Source: a virus (Duplodnaviria > Heunggongvirae > Uroviricota > Caudoviricetes). Taken from it: a stretch of 64,000 nt of DNA. The notes under the pieces were generated by a model. The model made no database searches. It had not been told where the DNA came from and saw only the letters and a list, made by a program, of their open reading frames with translations. A program made the translations under genes and the position numbers. Shown piece after piece: positions 8,457-15,995 of this stretch; position 1 is the first letter of the stretch, and every line of letters begins with the position of its first letter. The stretch covers positions 49,354-113,353 of the IMG/VR virus record IMGVR_UViG_2627854282_000001; one strand, written 5' to 3'.

Positions 8457-9455
8457 CTTCCCATGAACTGAAATCCAAAATGGCCTCGGGCGGGAAAATA
8501 GAAAAGCCCCCGCCGGGTCAAAAAGTGTTTTGGTCACAGCCGCGGAATTTACCCGCCCAGCCGGTCCGACCGTGCCCGCGCGCGAAATTTTAAGCGGGGC
8601 CCCCATAACCCCGTGCGGGGCCTGGCGCCGGCGCGCGGGCGGCGGGCGATTGAACCCACGCGGCGGGCGGCCACGGCGGCGGGCGGGCGGCGCGCTGGTG
8701 CGGCGCATGAAGATCGGAAGGCGCGACGCGTGCGCCTTCGAATGCAGGGCAAGCCATTGGCAAGCGTGCGATGCATGGCGACGGCAGGCATCGCCGAGCA
8801 AGGCGCGGCTGGTGCCTGTCATGCGTGGCGATGATTGGCCGCCCGTGGCGGGCGCGACCCTGCCCGGGCGCTGGCGCGCTATGGTGTAGGTGTGTGCAAG
8901 GTAGGTGCGGCATGCGGTGCGGTCACGCACGGCGGCGGCGCGCACGCCAGCGCATGGCGTCGCCTGGACCGGATGCCGATACGGACTAGACGCCAGCGCC
9001 GCCCTGCCCGGGCGGCGGGCGCATGGTGCGCATGTGGGCGCACACGCCAAGCGACTGCAGCGCATGCGGCCGGCCGGGCGCGCCGAGCTGGCGCGCGTCG
9101 GTCTGGCGACGAGCGCGGGCGCGGTCGACCACGATCCGCAAACGGTCGCCGGGCGCGGCGACCAGCGTTCGAAAACAGTGAACGCGCGCCGTCTATTGTG
9201 TACGTGAACAAATAGTGAAAATGGCGCGGACCGATTGGAAATCAGAAAGTAGCGGCGGCGCGCCGTGCCTCTGTACGGGCTTCTGTGTGGCGAATAGAGG
9301 CATATGGATTTTCGACCATGAAACCAGAATGAAAGCGCGTCCGATTTCCTGAAATATGAGCAGCGCGACATGCGCGGCTGTTGATTTCCACGCGTGAAAG
9401 GCCTATATTTTTCTTGCGGGCGAACTGCGTCCGCGCCGGGCTCTTGCCCTAACCC
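8457..9455. repeat. GC-rich (~75%) non-coding region with degenerate GCGCATG-cored and GGCGGGCGG repeats
   Basis: No credible ORF; the six-frame ORFs are R/A/G-rich junk. Repeats include GCGCATGAAG, GCGATGCATGGCG, CATGCGTGGCG, GGCATGCGGTGCGG, GCGCATGGCG, GGCGCATGGTGCGCATGTGGGCGCACA and GCGCATGCGGCC, with GGCGGGCGG runs at 8641-8700. Confidence 0.4.
9438..9455 (+). promoter_or_regulatory. leader motif copy 1 (GGGCTCTTGCCC-TAACC)
   Basis: Small GC hairpin plus TAACC immediately before the ATG at 9456; see findings. Confidence 0.5.
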
Positions 9456-9911
9456 ATGAGGATGAAAATGACCCACGTTTCCAAGCTCACCATTGACGAT
9501 GAATTCGACGCGCTGATTGCGGCGATGCGTGCCAACATCGCGCCGGCCAAGCGCCCGGCGGCGCCCGTGGTCGCCGCGCCTGTACAGCGCGCCCCGCGCT
9601 TTTGGTCCTGGCGCAAGGTCGGCGGCTTGACGTTCGTTCGCGTCGGGCAGCTTTCCATGTCGTTCTGCCTCACACGCAAGCACGGGCGGGCGCCAGCTGG
9701 CGGCAAGCGTGTGTTCGCCGCTCTCATGCTGGCGGCGGCGGTTGCCGTCGCTGGCCAGCTGGCGACGCGTGCGCCGGCTTGTCGTCTCGTCGCGACCGAC
9801 GCGGCGGGCAATGTCTATATTGCGGGTGCTGGCGACACGCCTGCGGACGCGCTGCAGGGCGCGGTCTATCCCGCCGACATGATCGAAGTGAAAATGATTT
9901 GCAGGAAGTGA
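9456..9911 (+). CDS. hypothetical protein (151 aa; start may be the ATG at 9468)
   Basis: First gene after the non-coding region, preceded by the GGGCTCTTGCCC-TAACC leader motif. Confidence 0.4.
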   Translation: MRMKMTHVSKLTIDDEFDALIAAMRANIAPAKRPAAPVVAAPVQRAPRFWSWRKVGGLTFVRVGQLSMSFCLTRKHGRAPAGGKRVFAALMLAAAVAVAGQLATRAPACRLVATDAAGNVYIAGAGDTPADALQGAVYPADMIEVKMICRK

Positions 9912-9944
9912 TTTCTTGCGGGCGCGCCGTGGCGGGCGCGCTAG

Positions 9945-9987
9945 TTGGCAATCACGCCAAGACGGGCGCTCGCCCTAACCGGAAAGG
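9945..9987 (+). promoter_or_regulatory. TTGGCAATCACGCCAA palindrome plus leader motif copy 2 (GGGCGCTCGCCC-TAACC-GGAAAGG)
   Basis: Palindrome at 9945-9960, motif at 9964-9987, ATG at 9995. Confidence 0.5.
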
Positions 9988-9994
9988 TCTACCA

Positions 9995-10456
9995 ATGTCG
10001 AGCAATCAAGCCACCATCGAAGCGGTAAACGCCCGCGTCGGCGCGAACATATTCGGCCGCGCCGAGACATTCTTGCGCAAGGCGACGGCCGGCGATGACG
10101 CGGCCGCACGCGCCGAACTGGTTTCGCTGCTTTCGTTCTTTCCGCCTTCTGCAACGCTCAATGATGGCGTGCTTTTCAATTGTTGCACGGCGCACGCGGA
10201 ACCCGTTTGGACTGAGTTCGCCGGGCTGGAAATCGCCGGTTGCATCGCCGACGACGACGGCGCGACAAGCGGCTTGCAATCGGCCTATGAGGCTCAATTC
10301 TTCACGGTCTACGCGCGTCGCTCGGAAGCCGATGGCGGTGACTGTGAAGCGATCACTGATATTTATGATGCCACGTTGATGCTTGCCGTTGCTGGCGAAC
10401 TGGCCTTGCGCTCCGGCTTGCCTTGCATCGTTCATCCGTCGCTTTCTGCCCGTTGA
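9995..10456 (+). CDS. hypothetical protein (153 aa)
   Basis: ATG at 9995 lies 8 nt after the GGAAAGG SD and leader motif (MSSNQATIEAVNARVGANIF...). It replaces the N-terminally extended ORF 9602..10456. Confidence 0.5.
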   Translation: MSSNQATIEAVNARVGANIFGRAETFLRKATAGDDAAARAELVSLLSFFPPSATLNDGVLFNCCTAHAEPVWTEFAGLEIAGCIADDDGATSGLQSAYEAQFFTVYARRSEADGGDCEAITDIYDATLMLAVAGELALRSGLPCIVHPSLSAR

Positions 10457-10489
10457 TTGCTTTCCCTGCCGCCGTGACGGGCGGCAGTA

Positions 10490-10534
10490 TTGGCAATCAC
10501 GCCAAACCGGGCTCTAGCCCTAACCTTGAAAGGA
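10490..10534 (+). promoter_or_regulatory. TTGGCAATCACGCCAA palindrome plus leader motif copy 3 (GGGCTCTAGCCC-TAACC-TTGAAAGGA)
   Basis: Palindrome at 10490-10505, motif at 10509-10534, ATG at 10542. Confidence 0.5.
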
Positions 10535-10541
10535 TGAGACC

Positions 10542-10649
10542 ATGAGTAAGCATGAAAAGCGCGAATTCGCCGAATCGCCGCGCGGGCGCATCCGCCGCGA
10601 TGAACGGCGCGCCGTCCGCGCCGCCAAGCGCGCTTTCGTCAACATGTGA
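10542..10649 (+). CDS. small basic peptide (35 aa), speculative
   Basis: ATG directly downstream of the leader motif and GAAAGGA SD; MSKHEKREFAESPRGRIRRDERRAVRAAKRAFVNM. Confidence 0.25.
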   Translation: MSKHEKREFAESPRGRIRRDERRAVRAAKRAFVNM

Positions 10650-10671
10650 GAACGGGAAAGGATCACGCATC

Positions 10672-11595
10672 ATGAACGCTCTTCCCTCATTCACCAGCGC
10701 GGCGCCGACGGGCGCGCCGTCCGCCATTGGCCAGAAAGCAATGCTTGCCGGTCTCTCAATCACCATGTGGGCCGGCCGCAAGCTGGACAAGAAAGTAACT
10801 GCCGAAGTGAACCACGCGCACGGCGCGGCGGCCGATGCCGCCCGCGTCACCAAATCGCTGGTCTCGAAACAGGCGCTGGCGGACATTCTGCGGATATCGA
10901 ACGCGGCGCGCGCCGTGCACTATGCGCGGACGCTTCCTTGGGCGGACTCGGGCGCGCGCATTCTCTGCAATGCCGGCTTTGCCGCCTATGCCGACGAGTT
11001 GCGGAAGCTGGAATATGAATTCCGCGACGCGGTCGACGCGTTCGTTTCCGGCTATGCCGATTATGTCGAGGCGGCGCGCATTGAGCTGAACGGCATGTTC
11101 CGCGACGACGACTATCCGCCGGCATCTTCGATCCGCGCGCGCTTCCGCTTTGAGCGGTCGATTTGGCCGATGCCGTCGGCGGCTGATTTCCGCGTCGACA
11201 TGATCGAAGGCGAGGCGGACCGAATCCGCGCCGACATTCAACGGCAATTCGATGCCGCCATGCGCACGGCAACCCGCGATGTGTTCGAACGCATCCAAGA
11301 GACCGTCGGCCACATGGTCGAAAAGTTGCGCGCCTTCGTGCCGCACTCGGGCAAGAAAGGCGACCGCGCGGAAGGCATCTTCCGCGACTCGCTTGTCGAA
11401 AACGTGCGCGATTTGGTCAAGCTGATGCCGTCGCTGAACGTGACCGGCGACGCCATGCTTGACGCGCTGGCCAAGCGCATGGAAACGCTTTGCCGCTTCG
11501 ACGCGGAAGACTTGCGGACCGACAAACAAGCCCGCCAGGACACGGCGGACGCGGCGGCCGGCATCCTTGCCGATATCTCTGACTTTCTCGCCTGA
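10672..11595 (+). CDS. DUF3150-like protein (307 aa)
   Basis: Internal ATG with GGAAAGGA SD. Size and sequence are typical of the DUF3150 family that accompanies MoxR/vWA pairs on mobile elements (recalled, not searched). Confidence 0.65.
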   Translation: MNALPSFTSAAPTGAPSAIGQKAMLAGLSITMWAGRKLDKKVTAEVNHAHGAAADAARVTKSLVSKQALADILRISNAARAVHYARTLPWADSGARILCNAGFAAYADELRKLEYEFRDAVDAFVSGYADYVEAARIELNGMFRDDDYPPASSIRARFRFERSIWPMPSAADFRVDMIEGEADRIRADIQRQFDAAMRTATRDVFERIQETVGHMVEKLRAFVPHSGKKGDRAEGIFRDSLVENVRDLVKLMPSLNVTGDAMLDALAKRMETLCRFDAEDLRTDKQARQDTADAAAGILADISDFLA

Positions 11596-11632
11596 TTGCT
11601 TGTTCTGGAGCGCGCGCGGCGCGCTCCAGCGC

Positions 11633-11677
11633 TGGCAATCATGCCAACTCGGGCACAAGCCCTAACCCTAGAGGAAA
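11633..11677 (+). promoter_or_regulatory. TGGCAATCATGCCAA palindrome plus leader motif copy 4 (GGGCACAAGCCC-TAACCC-TAGAGGA)
   Basis: Palindrome at 11633-11647, motif at 11651-11677, ATG at 11683. Confidence 0.5.
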
Positions 11678-11682
11678 CGACA

Positions 11683-12738
11683 ATGCAGCATGTCCTACCT
11701 AGCGCCGCCGGTTCATCCATCGCGGAAATCAGCGACGACTTGAACGCGCTTTTTGACTTGAATGCGCCCGCCTGGATTTGGGGCGCGCCCGGCATCGGCA
11801 AATCGGAATCGGTCTATCAAGTTGCCGCCGCCCGCGCCGCCGCCGCCGGGCATGATGCACATGTGACGGATATCCGCCTTTCGACTTTCGATCCGGTCGA
11901 CTTGCGCGGCTTGCCTGCCATTGTCGACGGTCTGACCAAATGGTTGCGGCCGGCGATTTGGCCGGCGCTGGACGCCACGGAAGAAACCATTTTGTTCTTT
12001 GACGAAATGGATCGCGCCGCGCCCGCCGTCGCCAATGCGGCGCTGCAAATCGTTCTGGAGCGGCGGATTGGCGAACACGTGTTGCCGCAATGCGTGCGCA
12101 TCGTTGCCGCCGGCAATGGTGAGACCGACCGGACGGGCACGCAGAAGATTTCCAGCGCGCAAGCAAACCGGTTCACGCATCTTTATGCCGTCGCCGACGC
12201 GGAAGCCACGGCGGCGCATCTGGCCAGGAAAGGCACGCATCCGGCCATGCCGGCTTTCTTGCGCTTCCGTGGCCATGCCACTGCGGACGGCAAGCCCGGC
12301 TTGATCCATGGCGCGCCAGCGGCCGGCGAAAAGGCTTTCCCGTCGCCGCGCGCCTGGGAACGCGTCGCCGGCATGATCCATCTTCCCGCGCCGCAACGGT
12401 CGCGGCTTGCTCGTGGCACGGTCGGAAGCGCCGCCGCCATCGAATGGGAAGCTTTCTTGCGGACCTATGCCGGAATCGCCGGCTTGATGGCCGATATCAT
12501 GGCGCGCCCGGAAAGCGCGGACGTTCCCGATGAACCGTCGCTGCAGTATGCGATTTCATCCGCGATCGCGCGCAAGGCCGATTTCGGCACGTGGCGCGCC
12601 ATTATGACTTATGCCGCCAGGATGCCGCGCGAATTCTGTATCTGGACCGTGCTTGATGCTGTCCGCCGCGATCCGGGCCTAAAGGCTACCGGCGAATATG
12701 GCGCATGGGCGGTTGCAAATCAGGATGTCGCGCTATGA
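11683..12738 (+). CDS. MoxR-like AAA+ ATPase (CbbQ/NorQ/CobS-like, 351 aa)
   Basis: Walker A IWGAPGIGKSE, Walker B ILFFDEMDRA and sensor VAAGNGETDR. The ATG at 11683 follows the leader motif and SD. Confidence 0.8.
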   Translation: MQHVLPSAAGSSIAEISDDLNALFDLNAPAWIWGAPGIGKSESVYQVAAARAAAAGHDAHVTDIRLSTFDPVDLRGLPAIVDGLTKWLRPAIWPALDATEETILFFDEMDRAAPAVANAALQIVLERRIGEHVLPQCVRIVAAGNGETDRTGTQKISSAQANRFTHLYAVADAEATAAHLARKGTHPAMPAFLRFRGHATADGKPGLIHGAPAAGEKAFPSPRAWERVAGMIHLPAPQRSRLARGTVGSAAAIEWEAFLRTYAGIAGLMADIMARPESADVPDEPSLQYAISSAIARKADFGTWRAIMTYAARMPREFCIWTVLDAVRRDPGLKATGEYGAWAVANQDVAL

Positions 12739-14168
12739 ATGCGGAAGCCGAAAAGCGGATTGTCCGCGCCCGTTCCATCCTACTTCAGACCGCGCCTTTT
12801 TACGGCGCTTTGGCGCTGTATCTGAAGCTTCAGGAAGCGCCCGAGCTGACCGACACAATGGCGACCGACGGCGCGCGGCTTGTCTATAACTCCAAATTCG
12901 TTTTGGAGTTGTCGGAACCCGAGTTGCTTTTCGTCGTCGCGCATGAGGTTTCGCACCTTTCGCACGGTCACCATGGCCGAATCGGGCGGCGCGATTTGTC
13001 AGACTTCAACCGGGCGGCGGACTACGCCATGAATGCCGGCTTGATCGCGGCGAAGATTGGCAAGATGCCGGACGGCATGCTTTACGATCCGCAATATGAC
13101 GGTATGGGCGCGGAAGAAATCTATTCGATACTCCAGCGCAAGGCACGGCAAGCGAAGCAACAGCAACAGGCGCAATCCGGCAAGCCGGGCGCGGACGGCG
13201 CTGGCCAGAACGGCAAGCCGGAAGTTGGCGCGGCCGGTCAGCCGGGCAAGCCGGATCACGCAAGCCAGGCACAAGCCACGGGCGGCGCGCCCGCCAGCGG
13301 TCAGCCGGCAAGCGCTGGCCAATCGGCCACCGACGCCACGCAAGGCCCGCCCACGGGCGCGCCAGCGCCCGGCAACGGGCAATCGGGCGCGGACGCCACG
13401 GCGGGCGCTGGCGCGCCTTCTGGCGGCGCTGGAGGCGGCAAGCCGTGGCACGGGATTGGCGGCATCATCGCGCCCGGCGACGGTAGCGACGCGGCGGCGG
13501 CGGAAAGCGCGGACGAATGGCAGATTCGGACCGCGCAAGCGGTTGCCGTGGCGAAAGCCGCCAACGCGGGAATCCTGCCCGGTCACCTTGCCCGCATGCT
13601 GGATGAAACCGCCGCGCCCGTGGTCGACGTGCGCGCCGTGCTGGCGGATTTGATCGATAGCCGCGTGTCGTCGGATTACTCGTTTCTGAAGCCGAACCGG
13701 CGCTTGATCGGTCACGGCTACTATCTGCCCGGGCAAATCGTTGACGGACTCGAGCATTTGGTTTGCGCGGTCGACACGTCGGGCAGCATGGATGACCATA
13801 TGCTTGCCAATTGCATGGCGGAACCGATTGCCGCGCTCGAGTCCGGCAAGGTCCAGCGCCTTACCGTCGTGTTTGCTGATACGCATGTTCGCCACGTTCA
13901 AGAGTTTGAAGCCGGCGACGACATCAAAGGCAAACTCCAGGCGAAAGGCGGCGGCGGCACGCGCTTCGATGACGCCATGCGCTGGATTGCCGACAATGCG
14001 GCGGACGCCACGGCGGCAATCTACCTCACCGACATGGAATGCAGCGTGTTCGGCGATGATCCGGGCTTGCCGGTGTATTGGGCGATCCACGGCGATTCCC
14101 GCCGCTTCAATGAACTGGCGGCGCGCCCGCCGTTTGGTGATTGCCTCTATATCGGGCGCTTGGAATGA
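12735..14168 (+). CDS. vWA-domain protein with N-terminal metallopeptidase-like domain (DUF2201-type, 477 aa)
   Basis: HExxH in VVAHEVSHLSHGHHG, a Q/G/P/A-rich linker, then a vWA MIDAS-like CAVDTSGSMDD...TRFD. Start overlaps the stop of the ATPase gene (ATGA). Confidence 0.75.
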   Translation: MNAEAEKRIVRARSILLQTAPFYGALALYLKLQEAPELTDTMATDGARLVYNSKFVLELSEPELLFVVAHEVSHLSHGHHGRIGRRDLSDFNRAADYAMNAGLIAAKIGKMPDGMLYDPQYDGMGAEEIYSILQRKARQAKQQQQAQSGKPGADGAGQNGKPEVGAAGQPGKPDHASQAQATGGAPASGQPASAGQSATDATQGPPTGAPAPGNGQSGADATAGAGAPSGGAGGGKPWHGIGGIIAPGDGSDAAAAESADEWQIRTAQAVAVAKAANAGILPGHLARMLDETAAPVVDVRAVLADLIDSRVSSDYSFLKPNRRLIGHGYYLPGQIVDGLEHLVCAVDTSGSMDDHMLANCMAEPIAALESGKVQRLTVVFADTHVRHVQEFEAGDDIKGKLQAKGGGGTRFDDAMRWIADNAADATAAIYLTDMECSVFGDDPGLPVYWAIHGDSRRFNELAARPPFGDCLYIGRLE

Positions 14169-14389
14169 AGCGCCACGGTCTAACGGAAGCCGAACGGCGC
14201 AAGATTTTGAAGCTTGGGCACTTGCTTGTGCCCACGCACATTTCGTGGCGGCGGGCTACGCAATTCATGCGGCTTGGCTATGGCGCTATCGATCCATTTC
14301 ATCAGCGCTGGCAGGGGCGATTGGATTTGACCGAAGCCGGGCGCGCAGCTCTCAACGCGCTGGATCCCGCAACCGCCCGCTTGGGCTAA
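14165..14389 (+). CDS. hypothetical protein (74 aa)
   Basis: ATG overlaps the upstream stop (MKRHGLTEAERRKILKLGHL...). Confidence 0.4.
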   Translation: MKRHGLTEAERRKILKLGHLLVPTHISWRRATQFMRLGYGAIDPFHQRWQGRLDLTEAGRAALNALDPATARLG

Positions 14390-14399
14390 CCGGAAAGGA
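14375..14399 (+). promoter_or_regulatory. leader motif copy 5 (GCCCGCTTGGGC-TAACC-GGAAAGGA)
   Basis: Stem polarity swapped (GCCC...GGGC), same TAACC and SD; ATG at 14408. Confidence 0.5.
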
Positions 14400-14407
14400 C
14401 TTTGGCT

Positions 14408-14868
14408 ATGACGTTCGATTTCGATCTGGCAACACAAATAAAGGCAATTGCCGAAAAGGTGAAAGACTCCAACCCATATTGGATTTCTACGCCAAATGGC
14501 GAATACGAAACCAATTCAGGGAACGATTGGTGTCGGACATGCGGCCTGTTCATGTTCAAACACTTGCGCCGCAAGGATCGCAGACGACGCGGCGATTATT
14601 TTTTCGACGGTGGCGACCGCGCGGAATCTGACAGTCACCGCTTTTGCGCCCATTGCGGATGCTGGTTGAGAATAAGCCTGACGGACCATGGCATCGAGGA
14701 GGAACTGTACGTTGGCCTGAATTCGATACCGGATGAGGCCTACAGCTTGGACATCATGATGAACTATGCATCGTGGGAGACCACGAAACTGAGATTCAGG
14801 ACTTCGCCCGACAATTCATGGCGCTGCCTGCGGTTCAGGCCTTCGTCGCGAAAGCCAAAGGCGGCTGA
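14408..14868 (+). CDS. Cys-rich (zinc-binding-like) hypothetical protein with frame discontinuity (possible frameshift/pseudogene)
   Basis: Lower-GC, clearly coding N-terminal part (CRTCGLFMF...CAHCGCW) in frame A. That frame has no stop until 15553, while the -1 frame reads protein-like ...DHETEIQDFARQFMALPAVQAFVAKAKGG and stops at 14866-14868. Confidence 0.35.
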
Positions 14869-14871
14869 GCC

Positions 14872-15123
14872 TTGCCGCGCCTTCCCGTCGAAATCCGCGT
14901 CACGCCATGGCGCAACGTCGATGGTCAACCCGAATGGGCTGACTCCCGCATTGCTGCCTATCGTATCTGGCAGGAATTCGACGGGCGGCACTGGTACCAG
15001 GCGCACGAATGGGAGTATCGCGGCGGCAATCGCGAGCGCTGCCAAGAGCAATGGATTCATGGCGTGCGCGGCTGGAGCAAAGATGCCGCGCCGCCCGAGG
15101 CCGGCGACGATCCGCCGCCATAA
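14872..15123 (+). CDS. Trp-rich hypothetical protein (83 aa, TTG start)
   Basis: Protein-like frame (EWADSRIAAYRIWQEFDGRHWYQAHEWEYRGG) ending in TAA 19 nt before the next gene's SD and ATG. Confidence 0.35.
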   Translation: MPRLPVEIRVTPWRNVDGQPEWADSRIAAYRIWQEFDGRHWYQAHEWEYRGGNRERCQEQWIHGVRGWSKDAAPPEAGDDPPP

Positions 15124-15142
15124 CAGAGAAAGGATTTGCTAC

Positions 15143-15553
15143 ATGACCTATGACGAATTCGTGGCCAGCAAGCGCCGCACGGAAACGGTTTGCCACGACA
15201 TCGGATTCGATGATGGCGAACCGGAGCGCGGCGGCTTCATCTATGCGGACTGCTGCTATATCGAGGATGCACCGCCCGAGCTGGCGGCGCGCGGCAAATA
15301 TTTCCTTCTTATCGAGCGGTTCGACTGGGTTTCGGACGACCTGGAGGAAATGCAGAAAATCCTTTGGGCGTGTCACTACGTGCGCGATGCCGGCATCGAG
15401 CGCCTTTCCGGTCGCGATCTGGTCGCTTTCATGGAAGGCATTTGCGCGTCACGGAATACCGGATTTGATCCCGAACTCTTCAAGGCGCTCGGGCAGGCAT
15501 CTTTCTCGCCTTCCGAGGCGGAAGCGATTGCCTGTGGATCGAGAAACCAATAG
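15143..15553 (+). CDS. hypothetical protein (136 aa)
   Basis: ATG with GAGAAAGGA SD; protein-like (MTYDEFVASKRRTETVCHDIGFDDGEPERGGFIYADCCYIEDAPPELAARGKYFLLIERFDW...). Confidence 0.5.
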   Translation: MTYDEFVASKRRTETVCHDIGFDDGEPERGGFIYADCCYIEDAPPELAARGKYFLLIERFDWVSDDLEEMQKILWACHYVRDAGIERLSGRDLVAFMEGICASRNTGFDPELFKALGQASFSPSEAEAIACGSRNQ

Positions 15554-15562
15554 GCTTTTGGG

Positions 15563-15868
15563 ATGATGGTCAAATTCGCGCGCCCTATCCATCCCGGTGA
15601 AATGCTCAAGGAGGAATACCTTGTGCCACTCAACATGAGCGCTGGCGCCCTGGCAAAGCGTTTACTGGTTCCGCGCACCAGGATCGAAAGGATCATTGCC
15701 GGTCGTACCGGCATCACTGCCGATACCGCTTTGCGGCTGGCGCGATTCTTCAACACGACGCCGCAATTTTGGATGAACATGCAAATCGCCTTCGATCTGG
15801 AAACCGAGGCGACTCACCTGAAAACCACCTTGGACGTGATCACGCCAAGGCAACCGGAAACTATCTGA
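15563..15868 (+). CDS. HigA-family HTH antitoxin-like protein (101 aa)
   Basis: IHPGEMLKEEYLVPLNMSAGALAKRLLVPRTRIERIIAGRTGITADTALRLARFFNTTPQFWMNMQ is the HigA/VapI XRE-HTH signature; no RelE/HigB-like partner recognised. Confidence 0.7.
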   Translation: MMVKFARPIHPGEMLKEEYLVPLNMSAGALAKRLLVPRTRIERIIAGRTGITADTALRLARFFNTTPQFWMNMQIAFDLETEATHLKTTLDVITPRQPETI

Positions 15869-15940
15869 AATCAGGAATATCTATTCGGATGCGATCATTA
15901 TTTATGTTGACGCTTTCGGATAAATAGGCGATAACTCCAC

Positions 15941-15984
15941 TGCCGATTGGCATTTCGGGCTCTTGCCCTAACCCATAGAGGAGA
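15941..15984 (+). promoter_or_regulatory. TGCCGATTGGCA palindrome plus leader motif copy 6 (GGGCTCTTGCCC-TAACCC-ATAGAGGAGAAAG)
   Basis: Palindrome at 15941-15952, motif at 15957-15984, ATG of dnaN homolog at 15996. Confidence 0.5.
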
Positions 15985-15995
15985 AAGTCAGCGTC

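Noticed and set aside
8530-9215. Several 70-130-aa ORFs in both strands of the GC-rich region
   Set aside because: Arg/Ala/Gly/Pro-dominated composition typical of random frames in ~75% GC DNA, with no SD or start context. The region is treated as non-coding repeats.
7704-9683. 659-aa minus-strand ORF
   Set aside because: Only the C-terminal 250 aa (7704-8456) is protein-like (zinc ribbons plus HNH). The upstream 400 aa is R/A/P-rich read-through of the GC-rich non-coding region.
9602-10456. N-terminally extended 284-aa version of the 9995 gene
   Set aside because: The extension overlaps the 9456-9911 gene out of frame and is junk-like. The ATG at 9995 has the leader motif and SD.
10756-14090. 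Long antisense ORFs (10756-11658, 11713-12396, 12999-14090) opposite the DUF3150/MoxR/vWA genes
   Set aside because: Shadow ORFs of high-GC coding DNA with low-complexity R/G/A-rich translations; the sense-strand genes have clear motifs.
14402-15553. Single 383-aa ORF spanning three apparent genes
   Set aside because: Its middle segment is junk-like, while another frame there encodes a clean 83-aa ORF ending 19 nt before an SD-led ATG. It is better explained as a frameshifted gene plus two separate genes.
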